Source: an uncultured Alphaproteobacteria bacterium (GTDB lineage Bacteria > Pseudomonadota > Alphaproteobacteria > Rhizobiales > Xanthobacteraceae). From it: a stretch of DNA of 64,000 nucleotides. Below the pieces are notes generated by a model. That model was given only the letters and a program-made list of their open reading frames with translations. It was not told the DNA's origin and searched no databases. Positions 45,661 to 54,661 of this stretch are shown here, piece by piece. The stretch covers positions 58,047 through 122,046 of the forward strand of contig CAWJRE010000049.1 in NCBI GenBank assembly GCA_963845075.1, written 5' to 3'. Each line of letters begins with the position of its first letter. The first letter of the stretch is position 1. The translations under genes and the position numbers were made by a program.

Positions 45661-45686
45661 GGCAGGCAGCTTGAGACGGCTGCCGC

Positions 45687-46460
45687 TCAATGAATGATCT
45701 GCTGCAGAAAAAGCCGCGTGCGCTCGTGTCGCGGGTTGCCGAAGAAATCCTTGGGCGGGCTGGTCTCGATGATCTGTCCGTCGTCCATGAGAATGACGCG
45801 GTCGGCGACCTGACGGGCAAATCCCATCTCGTGCGAGACGACCAGCATGGTGATGCCGTCGCTGGCGAGCTCGACCATGGTGTCGAGCACCTCCTTCACC
45901 ATCTCGGGATCAAGCGCAGAGGTCGGCTCGTCGAACAGCATGATGTTCGGATTCATGCACAGCGCACGCGCGATCGCCACCCGCTGCTGCTGTCCGCCTG
46001 ACAGCCGGGCCGGATACTTGCCGGCCTGATCGGGGATCTTGACGCGCCCCAGATAGCTCATCGCCAGCGCCTCGGCGTCCTTCTTCGGCATATGCCGCAC
46101 CCAGATCGGCGCCAGCGTACAATTTTCCAGCACGGTGAGATGCGGGAACAGATTGAAGTGCTGGAACACCATGCCAACGTCGCGTCGCACGGCGACGATC
46201 TGCTTGGGATCCTCGGTCAGCTCGATGCCGTCGACGATGATGCGGCCCTGCTGCCAGTCCTCGAGCCGGTTGATGCAGCGTAACAGCGTCGACTTGCCGC
46301 CGCCGGACGGTCCGCAGATCACGATGCGCTCGCCGCGCGAGACTTTCAGATTGATGTCGCGCAGCACGTGGAACTCGCCATACCATTTGTTGAGCGCGGC
46401 CACTTCGACCGCGGTGTCGGGCAGCGGCTCCGGGCGCGAGGTATCGGCGCGTTGCGTCAT
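45687..46460 (-). CDS. aapP: general L-amino acid ABC transporter ATP-binding protein
   Basis: 257 aa with Walker [10 protein letters not shown], signature LSGGQQQR and Walker [12 protein letters not shown]. Confidence 0.88.
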   Translation of the reverse strand: MTQRADTSRPEPLPDTAVEVAALNKWYGEFHVLRDINLKVSRGERIVICGPSGGGKSTLLRCINRLEDWQQGRIIVDGIELTEDPKQIVAVRRDVGMVFQHFNLFPHLTVLENCTLAPIWVRHMPKKDAEALAMSYLGRVKIPDQAGKYPARLSGGQQQRVAIARALCMNPNIMLFDEPTSALDPEMVKEVLDTMVELASDGITMLVVSHEMGFARQVADRVILMDDGQIIETSPPKDFFGNPRHERTRLFLQQIIH

Positions 46461-46469
46461 TGCTGGTCC

Positions 46470-47636
46470 CTATCGCCGCACGCTGCGCGCAAGCCGCGTT
46501 TCCATCCGCCGCGCGTAGCGCGACATGCCATAGCAGCAGGCGAAGTAAAAGAGAGCGGCGAAGGCATATCCAGTCACCGTTGTATTCGGCCCGGCCCATT
46601 TCGGATCGGCGCGCGCCGCCTCGATCGTGCGCATGAAGTCGAAAATGCCGACCACGAAGACGAGCGTCGTATCCTTGAACAGGCCGATGAAGGTATTGAC
46701 GATGTTCGGCAACGTGATGCGCAACGCTTGCGGCAAAATCACGAGCGCCATCATGCGCCAGTAGCCGAAACCCAAGGCGCCCGCCGCCTCGTATTGCCCG
46801 CGCGGCACGGCGGCAAGCCCGCCGCGCACCACTTCCGCCATATAGGCGGAGGCGAACAGCGCCACGCCGATCAAGGCGCGCACGAGCTTGTCCGGCGCGA
46901 AGCGCTCGGGAACGAACAGCGGCAGCATTACGCTTGCCATGAACAGAACGGTGATCACCGGCACGCCGCGCACGAATTCGATGAAAGTGATCGAGACCGC
47001 CTTGATCACCGGCAGCTCGGAACGGCGTCCGAGCGCGAGCAGAATGCCAAGCGGCAGCGAGAAGACCATGCCGATGGCCGCGACCACGACGGTGACCAGG
47101 ATGCCGCCCCACAGTGAGGTCGACACGACGGTCAGTCCGATCAGCGGCGCACCGTGCAGCAGCAGGTACGAGAGGATCGGCAGTGCGATGAAGAAATAGA
47201 GCGCGCCGAGATCGCGCCGCGGCATTTCCAGCCGCAACAGCCAGACAAAGCCGAAGACGAGCGCGACAAAGAACACATCGACTCGCCAGCGCTCGTCGTG
47301 CGGATAGAAGCCATACACGAAATAGGAAAACCAGACCCGGATGAATGCCCAGCACGCGCCCGGATTGGGTCGCGCGGGCGAAGCGAGACAGGCCGAGCCG
47401 TCGGCACCGGTCCAAGTCGCGTCGATGAGAAAAAAGCGCACGAGCGGCGGCACCGCCCAGGCGATCAGCGCAACGCAAAGCAGCGTCAGCACGATGTTGG
47501 CCGGACCAGAGAACAGATTTGCGCGCATCCAGCCGAACGCGCCGGCCCGCGCCGACGGCGGCGGTAGAGGCTCGAGCCGCCCCTGCCGCAGGAATGTCTG
47601 GTCGCCGACTGCGCTCATCGCCTCAGCGCTCCGCAA
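46470..47636 (-). CDS. aapM: general L-amino acid ABC transporter permease
   Basis: 388-aa multi-pass permease. Its size and position match AapM. Confidence 0.8.
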   Translation of the reverse strand: MRSAEAMSAVGDQTFLRQGRLEPLPPPSARAGAFGWMRANLFSGPANIVLTLLCVALIAWAVPPLVRFFLIDATWTGADGSACLASPARPNPGACWAFIRVWFSYFVYGFYPHDERWRVDVFFVALVFGFVWLLRLEMPRRDLGALYFFIALPILSYLLLHGAPLIGLTVVSTSLWGGILVTVVVAAIGMVFSLPLGILLALGRRSELPVIKAVSITFIEFVRGVPVITVLFMASVMLPLFVPERFAPDKLVRALIGVALFASAYMAEVVRGGLAAVPRGQYEAAGALGFGYWRMMALVILPQALRITLPNIVNTFIGLFKDTTLVFVVGIFDFMRTIEAARADPKWAGPNTTVTGYAFAALFYFACCYGMSRYARRMETRLARSVRR

Positions 47637-48810
47637 TCGCGGCCGTCCCCGCGTAGAGATTCATCAACAGCGACACGAACAAGCTGATGAACAGATAAAC
47701 CGCCATGGTGATGGCGATCACCTCGACCGCTTGGCCGGTGATGTTGAGCACCGTGCCGGCGAAAACTTGCACCAGGTCCGGATAACCGATCGCCACCGCC
47801 AACGACGAGTTCTTGATCAGATTGAGATACTGGCTGGTCAGCGGCGGAATGATCACCCGCATGGCCTGCGGCAGAACGATCAGCCGCAACGTCAGGCCGG
47901 AACGAAGCCCAAGCGCCTGCGCGGCTTCGACCTGACCGTGCGATACTGACAGCATCCCGGCGCGCACGACCTCGGCGATGAAGCCCGCGGTGTAAACCGA
48001 CAGCGCCAGAAGGAGCGCGGCGAATTCCGGCAGGATCTCAACGCCGCCGCTGACATTGAAGCGTCCCATATGCGGGATGCTGAAGGTGAGCGGAAAGCCG
48101 GCGAGTGCAAAGACGGTAAGTGGCAAGACGACGATCAAGCCGAGCGCGGGCCACAGCACGGGCACTTCTTCTCCCGTGCGGTCATGGCGGCGGTTGGCAT
48201 AACTCTTGAGCGCGACGGTCGCCGCGATCCCGATTGCGAGCACAATGAGCACGATCGAAAATTGCGACGCGAATTCCGGCCGCGGCAGGAACAGGCCGCG
48301 ATTGTTGAGAATGGCGCCGCCGGGGAGCGCAACGCTGCCGCGCAATTCCGGCAACGATTTGAGCACCGCGTTGTACCAGAACAGGAGCTGCAGCAAGAGC
48401 GGCACATTGCGGGTTATCTCGACATAGCCGGCGGCGAGCTTGGCAACGAGCCAATTATGCGACAGCCGGGCAATACCGACGGCAAAGCCGAGCACCGTCG
48501 CGAGCACGATGCCGATGGCGGCGACGAGCAGCGTATTGAGGAGACCGACCCAAAAGGCACGGCCGAAGGTCGAGGTGCTCGGCGAATAGGAAATCAGCGC
48601 CTGGCTGATATCGAAGCCGGCGGTGTTGTTCCAGAAACCGAAGCCCGACGCGATATGCGCACGGGTGAGGTTCTGCACCGCGTCGAAGATCGCCCCATCG
48701 GCCAGGCCGGCGATGATGGCGAGCGTGACGAGTTGGATCGCGACATTCCCGAGGCGGCGCGTGTGGCGGCGCAAAGGCTGTTGCGATGCGGCTCGGACCT
48801 GCTCAGCCAT
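47623..48810 (-). CDS. aapQ: general L-amino acid ABC transporter permease
   Basis: 395-aa multi-pass permease. It overlaps aapM by 14 nt. Confidence 0.8.
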   Translation of the reverse strand: MAEQVRAASQQPLRRHTRRLGNVAIQLVTLAIIAGLADGAIFDAVQNLTRAHIASGFGFWNNTAGFDISQALISYSPSTSTFGRAFWVGLLNTLLVAAIGIVLATVLGFAVGIARLSHNWLVAKLAAGYVEITRNVPLLLQLLFWYNAVLKSLPELRGSVALPGGAILNNRGLFLPRPEFASQFSIVLIVLAIGIAATVALKSYANRRHDRTGEEVPVLWPALGLIVVLPLTVFALAGFPLTFSIPHMGRFNVSGGVEILPEFAALLLALSVYTAGFIAEVVRAGMLSVSHGQVEAAQALGLRSGLTLRLIVLPQAMRVIIPPLTSQYLNLIKNSSLAVAIGYPDLVQVFAGTVLNITGQAVEVIAITMAVYLFISLFVSLLMNLYAGTAAIAER

Positions 48811-48843
48811 CGGCCCTTTCGTGGCAAAGTAGCGGACACGCGG

Positions 48844-49860
48844 TTAGCGAATCGGCGGCCCGTATTGTAGCCCGCCCTTGGTCCACAAGGCATTGAGGCC
48901 GCGCACGATTTTCAGGGGCGAGCCCTGCCCGAGATTGCGCTCGAAGATTTCGCCGTAGTTACCGACATGCTTGATGATCCGGTAGGCCCAATCGTTGGTC
49001 AGCCCCATCGCTTCGCCATATTGACCCTCGACGCCGAGCAGGCGCCGCGTTTCCGGATCGTCGGATTTCAGTTTCTCGTCGACATTGGCTTTGTTGATAC
49101 CGAGCTCTTCCGCGTCGAGCATGACATAGTGCGTCCAGCGCACGATGTCGGTCCATTGATTGTCGCCGTGCCGCACGGCCGGGCTGAGCGGCTCCTTGGA
49201 GATGATCTCCGGCAGAACGATGCTGCCGCTTGGCTCGGCGAGTTTTTGCCGCTCGCCGTAGAGACCGGACGAATCGGTAGTGTAGGCATCGCAGCGTCCC
49301 GATTCGTAGGCTTTGAGCGCATCTTCGCCGGTCGCGAAGGTCACGGTCTTGAGCCCCATATGATTGGTGCGGAAGAAATCGGCGAGGTTGAGCTCACTCG
49401 TCGTGCCCTGCTGCACGCAGATGGAGGCGTCGTTGAGCTCGAGCGCCGAGCTCACCTTGAGCGCTCTGCGCACCATGAAGCCCTGGCCGTCATAATAGGT
49501 GATGGCCGGGAAATCGAGCCCAAGCGAGGTGTCGCGCGACAAAGTCCAGGTGGTGTTGCGCACCAGCACATCGATCTCGCCGGACTGCAAGGCCGTGAAG
49601 CGGTCCTTCGCCGTCAGCGGCACGAATTTGACCTTCTTGGGATCGTTGAAAATGGCTGCCGCCATGGCGCGGCAGAAGTCGACGTCGAAGCCGGTCCAGT
49701 TGCCCTGCGGATCGGGCAAGCCGAAGCCCGCCAGCGTACCGTTGCCGCCGCAGATCAATTCGCCGCGTTCCTTGATGGACGCGAGCGTCTCCGCGCGGGC
49801 CGCCTGCACCCCAGATGCAAGCGCCATTACCAATGCCAATGCCGTAGCGAGGCGTTTCAT
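48844..49860 (-). CDS. aapJ: general L-amino acid ABC transporter substrate-binding protein
   Basis: 338 aa from ATG 49860 with signal peptide MKRLATALALVMALASGVQAARA. The ORF-track extension to 50001 is rejected. Confidence 0.82.
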   Translation of the reverse strand: MKRLATALALVMALASGVQAARAETLASIKERGELICGGNGTLAGFGLPDPQGNWTGFDVDFCRAMAAAIFNDPKKVKFVPLTAKDRFTALQSGEIDVLVRNTTWTLSRDTSLGLDFPAITYYDGQGFMVRRALKVSSALELNDASICVQQGTTSELNLADFFRTNHMGLKTVTFATGEDALKAYESGRCDAYTTDSSGLYGERQKLAEPSGSIVLPEIISKEPLSPAVRHGDNQWTDIVRWTHYVMLDAEELGINKANVDEKLKSDDPETRRLLGVEGQYGEAMGLTNDWAYRIIKHVGNYGEIFERNLGQGSPLKIVRGLNALWTKGGLQYGPPIR

Positions 49861-50041
49861 AATCAGGCCTTTCAGGATGTACGGCCGCGCCAACGCGCCG
49901 TCGATAGAACGTTTACGGATCCCCTGCCGGGCGGCATCTGAGGACGATCGCACCGCAAGGTCAAGGGTTGACGCAAGCGGCCGATGCCGAAGTAATGGCA
50001 CAATTTACATTACATGGGCGAGACGATGGCTAGGCGGGACA

Positions 50042-51286
50042 ATGGCCAAGAATAAAGGCGGAAAAGATGGCGGCGAAAAGACCGGCCATGAGGGAAAAAA
50101 GGCGCCGCAAAAAGCCGGCCAAAAGTGGCGCCCGGCCACGAGTCTTGTAACCGCGGGTCGGGATCCTCATTCGTATCACGGCTTCGTCAATCCGCCGGTC
50201 TATCACGCCTCGACCGTGCTCTATCCGAGCGCCGAGGATTTTCTCGCCCATCGCGCGCGCTACCAATATGGGCGGCGCGGCACTCCGACCACCGAAGCGC
50301 TCGAACAGGCGGTGCAGGAGCTCGAGGGACCGCAATGCGCGGGCGTGGCGCTCCTTCCGTCCGGCCTCGCGGCGATTTCGGCCGCGATCCTTTCGGTGGT
50401 GCGCGCGGGCGAGCATGTGCTCGTCACCGACAGCGCCTATGGACCGACGCGCGCTTTCTGCGACCAGATCCTGACCCGGCTCGGCGTGACCACCACCTAT
50501 TACGATCCACTGATCGGCGGCGGCATTGCCGCACTGATGCAGCCGAACACGCGGGTGGTGTTCACCGAATCGCCGGGCTCGCTCAGCTTCGAGATGCAGG
50601 ACATCCCCGCCATCGCCGAAGCCGCGCATGCCAAGGGCGCGCTGGTGCTGATGGACAATACCTGGGCGACGCCGCTCTATTTCCGCGCGCTCGACTTCGG
50701 CGTCGATCTGTCGATTCACGCCGGCACCAAATATTTCGGCGGCCATTCCGACGTGATGCTCGGCACGGTCGCGGCCAACAGCGCGACCGTCGCCGACCTG
50801 CGCAATTTCGTGCGCCTGAACGGACTGCATCTCGCCCCGGACGACGCCTATCTCAGTCAGCGTGGTTTGCGCACGCTCGGCGTGCGGCTCGACCGGCATT
50901 ACGAATCCGGTCTTGCAGTCGCGCGCTGGCTCGAACAACGGCCGGAAGTCTTGCGTCTCTTGCATCCAGCGATGCCGAGCCATCCGGGTCACACGCTGTG
51001 GAAGCGCGACTTCGGCGGTGCGTCGGGCCTGTTCAGCATGGTGCTCAAGCCGGTGCCGCAGCCGGCGGTGTTTGCCTTCCTCGATGCGCTCGAACTGTTC
51101 GGCATTGGCGCCTCGTGGGGCGGCTACGAGAGCCTCGCGATTCCGTTCGATTGCACCAATCTGCGCACGGCAACGCGCTGGGCGCCGGGCGGTCCCACCG
51201 TGCGCTTTCACATCGGCCTCGAGGCCGTCGAAGATTTGATTGCGGACCTGGAGCAAGGTTTTGCTGCGCTCGCTGCGGCCGGATAA
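50042..51286 (+). CDS. metC: cystathionine beta-lyase
   Basis: 414 aa from ATG 50042. A Lys/Gly-rich N-terminal extension precedes the PLP-enzyme core (HAGTKYFGGHSD). The ORF-track N-terminus overlaps aapJ antisense. Confidence 0.85.
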   Translation: MAKNKGGKDGGEKTGHEGKKAPQKAGQKWRPATSLVTAGRDPHSYHGFVNPPVYHASTVLYPSAEDFLAHRARYQYGRRGTPTTEALEQAVQELEGPQCAGVALLPSGLAAISAAILSVVRAGEHVLVTDSAYGPTRAFCDQILTRLGVTTTYYDPLIGGGIAALMQPNTRVVFTESPGSLSFEMQDIPAIAEAAHAKGALVLMDNTWATPLYFRALDFGVDLSIHAGTKYFGGHSDVMLGTVAANSATVADLRNFVRLNGLHLAPDDAYLSQRGLRTLGVRLDRHYESGLAVARWLEQRPEVLRLLHPAMPSHPGHTLWKRDFGGASGLFSMVLKPVPQPAVFAFLDALELFGIGASWGGYESLAIPFDCTNLRTATRWAPGGPTVRFHIGLEAVEDLIADLEQGFAALAAAG

Positions 51287-51290
51287 AACC

Positions 51291-51412
51291 CGTCATTGCG
51301 AGCGAAGCGAAGCAACCCGGTTCCCCGCGCGAAAAGCTGGATTGCTTCGTCGCGGAGTTTATCATCGGGCCGGCCACTTCGGGTCCGGACCTGTTGGCTC
51401 CTCACAATGACG
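51291..51412. repeat. MITE/REP-like element with terminal inverted repeats CGTCATTGCGAG / CTCACAATGACG
   Basis: 122 bp between convergent metC and the PAP2 gene. It contains the nested inverted repeat GAAGCAACC / GGATTGCTTC. Confidence 0.6.
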
Positions 51413-51442
51413 AGGTCGATACTAAGTGAACCGGACTACGCT

Positions 51443-52330
51443 CTAGCGGGCCGGCGCGGCGCCCACGATCTCGCGTGCGGTCGCCTTCAACCGTGCCCAT
51501 GACGGCCAGGCATAGGGCTGCAAATCCGCGGGCGAAAAGCCGAGACGACGGGCCGCGAACCAGCGGCGCACGATCAGCGCGCCGATGACACCGACTACCG
51601 CGCCGCCGAGCACGTCGCTCGGATGATGCACGAAGATCAGGATGCGGCTCGCCATGATGACGAGCGCATAGATCCACATCACCGCCCGCACGCGCGGCCA
51701 GACCGCGCCGATGGCAACTGCCGCCGCCGCGGCAGTCGTTGCGTGCCCGGACGGCATGCTGGCGTATTCGGGCTTCCAGATGAACGGCATATAGGCGAAC
51801 GGATCGTCATGGCCGCCGACATAAGGCCGCGCGCGTCCGATCAGCCGCTTGATCACGGTCGCGAACAGGCTCGGCAGACCGATCGCAACAAACAAGAAGC
51901 CGAAGCGAACGGCAAGCGCGGCCAGCACGCCCTGACTCATTTTGGTCAGCCACGGCGACAGCGCGGCGGCGAGCGCGAGAAGCACCATTCCGAAGGGATA
52001 GAGGAAGGTGCTGGAGCGCCCGTAATTGGTGATCTCATCGGCGAAGTCGTGCAGCCAGAGCGGCTCGCGCCGAGCCAATTCGATTGCCTTGGTGTCGAAC
52101 AAAAACATCGAGGCGATGATGACCGCGAGCACCACGGCGAAGACGACAAAGGCGCCAGGACCGATGCGTGGCAGCCGCGCGCGCGGCGACCTCACCAGCA
52201 CTGCGATCCAGCGCGCAAGGTTCACCGGAATGTGCAGCACCAGCGCCGGAAGCACAGCCAGCCCGGCTGGGCTTCGAAGCGTCGGCGGCGCCGCGCTGTT
52301 GCTCGTACTCATGCCGCTCCTTATGCGCAA
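51443..52330 (-). CDS. PAP2 family phosphatase (membrane)
   Basis: 295 aa with KRLIGRARP...PSGH...SRILIFVHHPSD. Confidence 0.85.
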   Translation of the reverse strand: MRIRSGMSTSNSAAPPTLRSPAGLAVLPALVLHIPVNLARWIAVLVRSPRARLPRIGPGAFVVFAVVLAVIIASMFLFDTKAIELARREPLWLHDFADEITNYGRSSTFLYPFGMVLLALAAALSPWLTKMSQGVLAALAVRFGFLFVAIGLPSLFATVIKRLIGRARPYVGGHDDPFAYMPFIWKPEYASMPSGHATTAAAAAVAIGAVWPRVRAVMWIYALVIMASRILIFVHHPSDVLGGAVVGVIGALIVRRWFAARRLGFSPADLQPYAWPSWARLKATAREIVGAAPAR

Positions 52331-52375
52331 AGTGCGCCGACCATAGTGAAAACGGCTCGGCGGCGGAAGCCGCGC

Positions 52376-54661
52376 TCAGGGACGGGCACAAGCGCCGGGC
52401 GCGCATGACGAATGGACCGCAGCCCCGGACGCAGCAGCTGCGGCACCGTCATCGAGACGCACCATTACGCTGTCGGCCGCGCCGGAGCCGTCGATCACCG
52501 TCACCCGGGCGAAGCCCGGGCCCGGCGGCTGAAAGAAAAGCCTGCCTCGGGTTTGCGCCGAAGCCGGCACGCCATTCACCAGGATCGTGAGCGGGGCGAC
52601 GCCGCCGGTGATTTTAAGCGGCACGGGCGCCGGTTTGTCGGCGGCGGCGGTCAGATCGAGCCGCGCGCCATCCGGCGGAAACAGGATATGGAGCTTCGCC
52701 TCCCCTGCCCCACCACGTTCGCCAGGCTGGAAAAACTTCAGCGGCGGCGGAAGCTTAGCGCTTGTCGTTAGCAAAACACCCGAAGGCGCGCGCGGCAAGG
52801 ATGACGGCTGACTAGGAAGCCGGGCGAACGCATCGAACAGGATTGGCGCCGCTGCCATACGCCCGACCAGGCCCGGCACCGGCGCGCCGTCGGGCCGCCC
52901 GACCCAGACGCCGATCGTATATCGGCCGTCGAAGCCCACCGACCAGGCGTCGCGATAGCCGTAGCTGGTGCCAGTCTTGAACGCGACACGGCCGGGAACG
53001 CCGTTTTCCGGCGGCGGCGTACCGATCAAAATATTGCCGACATACCAAGCGGCGACCGGCTCCATGAGCCTGTTCGCATCCAGCTTGTGTAAAGCGGCTG
53101 GCGAGCCGTCTGAAGCTTTCTCAGTCAGCGGCAAGACCGTGCCGAGCCGCGCAATGCCGGCATAGAGCATCACCAGATCGGAGAGCTTGATGCCGACCCC
53201 GCCAAGGCCAATCGCAAGCCCGGGCGCCTCGCCTTCCGGCAGCACGAGCGTTGCACCGGCTTGCGTCAGCCGCGCGGTGAGACGGCTCGCGCCGACTTGA
53301 TCGAGCACCGCGAGCGCCGGCAGGTTGAGCGACATCTGCAATGCGCGGCGCACCGTCACGGTGCCCTGGAAGGTGAAATCAAAATTCTGCGGCTTATAGC
53401 CGCCATAACGCGTCGGCCGATCGTCGACCAGCGTCTCGGGATGAATAAAGCCATCCTCGAAGCCGAGCCCATAAATGAACGGCTTGAGCGTCGAGCCCGG
53501 CGAGCGCAGCGCCTGCGTCAGATCCACCTGGCCGGCGCGCCGCTGATCGAAATAATCCGGCGAGCCGATATGCGCGCGCACTTCGCCGGTGGCGTTGTCG
53601 ACGACCAGCATTGCGAGCGAGATATCGGGGCCAAGAGTCGCGGTAAGCGAGCGCGTACGCCCGCGCGCAAGTTCTTCCAGGTTCTTCTGCAATTCGGCAT
53701 CGATCGTGAGCCGTACTTCGCTGCCCTGCCCCACGCCCGCGTCTGCGACCGCATGATCCGCCGCATGCGGAGCCAGCATCGGCATCGGCCGGCGGCCGGC
53801 CGGCACAGGTTCGGCTTTGGCGAGTACGATCTCGTCGGCCGGCACGCCGCCGGATTCGGCGAAGCGGTCGAGCACGCGATCGCGCGCGGCGCGTGCCGCC
53901 GCCATCGAGCGATCCGGCCTTCGCGCCTCGGGCGATTGCGGCAGCGCCACGAGCAGAGCCGCTTCGGCAAGCGTCAGCCGCCGCGGCTCCTTGCCGAAAT
54001 AGGTGAGCGAGGCGGCGCGGATGCCCTCGATATTGCCGCCGTACGGCGCGAGATCGAGATAGAGCGAAAGGATATCGTCTTTGCTCAGCGCCCGCTCGAT
54101 CTCGACCGCGCGCACGATTTGGCGAAGCTTGGCTGCAAGGTTGCGATTGCTGCGCGGCTCCAGAAGCCGCGCCACCTGCATCGTCAATGTCGAACCGCCG
54201 GATTGAATGCGTCCGCTGCTGACGAGTTGCAGTGTCGCGCGTATGAGCGCGAGCGGATCGACCCCGCGATGCGCGCGGAAACGCTTATCCTCATACGCAA
54301 ACAACATGGCGAAGAAGCGCGGATCGACACCGGCCACGCTCGCGGGAAGCCGCCAGCGGCCCTCCGGGTTGGCGTAAGCCCGCAGCAGGCGGCCGTCCCG
54401 ATCGACGACGCGGGTCGAGAACGCAATTTCTTTGCCGAGCGGCGCCGAGCCGAGCGTGGCGATCCACCACGCGCCGGCGCCGAGCGCCGAGAGGCAGCCG
54501 AGACAAACAACCAGCAAAGCTATCCGCCAGCGGAAGCGAACACTGTCGCCCGCTCGCCCCCGCGAAGGCGACCCAGTTTCCGGCACCGCCGTGCATTCCG
54601 CTTCTGGATTCCCGCTTTCGCGGGAATGAGCGGAATGATCGGCGTTCGAAGTGTCGCTCAT
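52376..54661 (-). CDS. pbpC: penicillin-binding protein 1C (transglycosylase + transpeptidase-like + C-terminal domain)
   Basis: 761 aa with glycosyltransferase-51 motifs (AYEDKRFRAHRGVD, GGSTLTMQ). The ATG overlaps the A2M stop (ATGA). Confidence 0.88.
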   Translation of the reverse strand: MSDTSNADHSAHSRESGNPEAECTAVPETGSPSRGRAGDSVRFRWRIALLVVCLGCLSALGAGAWWIATLGSAPLGKEIAFSTRVVDRDGRLLRAYANPEGRWRLPASVAGVDPRFFAMLFAYEDKRFRAHRGVDPLALIRATLQLVSSGRIQSGGSTLTMQVARLLEPRSNRNLAAKLRQIVRAVEIERALSKDDILSLYLDLAPYGGNIEGIRAASLTYFGKEPRRLTLAEAALLVALPQSPEARRPDRSMAAARAARDRVLDRFAESGGVPADEIVLAKAEPVPAGRRPMPMLAPHAADHAVADAGVGQGSEVRLTIDAELQKNLEELARGRTRSLTATLGPDISLAMLVVDNATGEVRAHIGSPDYFDQRRAGQVDLTQALRSPGSTLKPFIYGLGFEDGFIHPETLVDDRPTRYGGYKPQNFDFTFQGTVTVRRALQMSLNLPALAVLDQVGASRLTARLTQAGATLVLPEGEAPGLAIGLGGVGIKLSDLVMLYAGIARLGTVLPLTEKASDGSPAALHKLDANRLMEPVAAWYVGNILIGTPPPENGVPGRVAFKTGTSYGYRDAWSVGFDGRYTIGVWVGRPDGAPVPGLVGRMAAAPILFDAFARLPSQPSSLPRAPSGVLLTTSAKLPPPLKFFQPGERGGAGEAKLHILFPPDGARLDLTAAADKPAPVPLKITGGVAPLTILVNGVPASAQTRGRLFFQPPGPGFARVTVIDGSGAADSVMVRLDDGAAAAASGAAVHSSCAPGACARP
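54594..54637. repeat. nested palindrome (REP-like) inside the 5' coding end of pbpC
   Basis: Outer arms CATTCCGC/GCGGAATG enclose ATTCCCGC-TTTC-GCGGGAAT. It is translated as ...HSAHSRESGNPEAE... Confidence 0.55.

Noticed and set aside
49861-50041. SAM riboswitch or other leader upstream of metC
   Set aside because: I could not find the conserved SAM-II-type pseudoknot sequence. Only a weak TTGACG-N17-AGTAAT promoter-like match (49967-49995) is present, which is too weak to list as a feature.
49499-50041. Long N-terminal extensions offered by the ORF track. These affect metC (49499), sseA (36060), xoxF (6947), fhcA (12470), aapJ (50001), DUF4399 (43421), the amidohydrolase (32161) and the SSF transporter (30857).
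   Set aside because: The extensions overlap neighbouring genes or are Arg-rich nonsense. Internal ATG codons with a Shine-Dalgarno sequence and/or a signal peptide give proteins matching the family N-termini.
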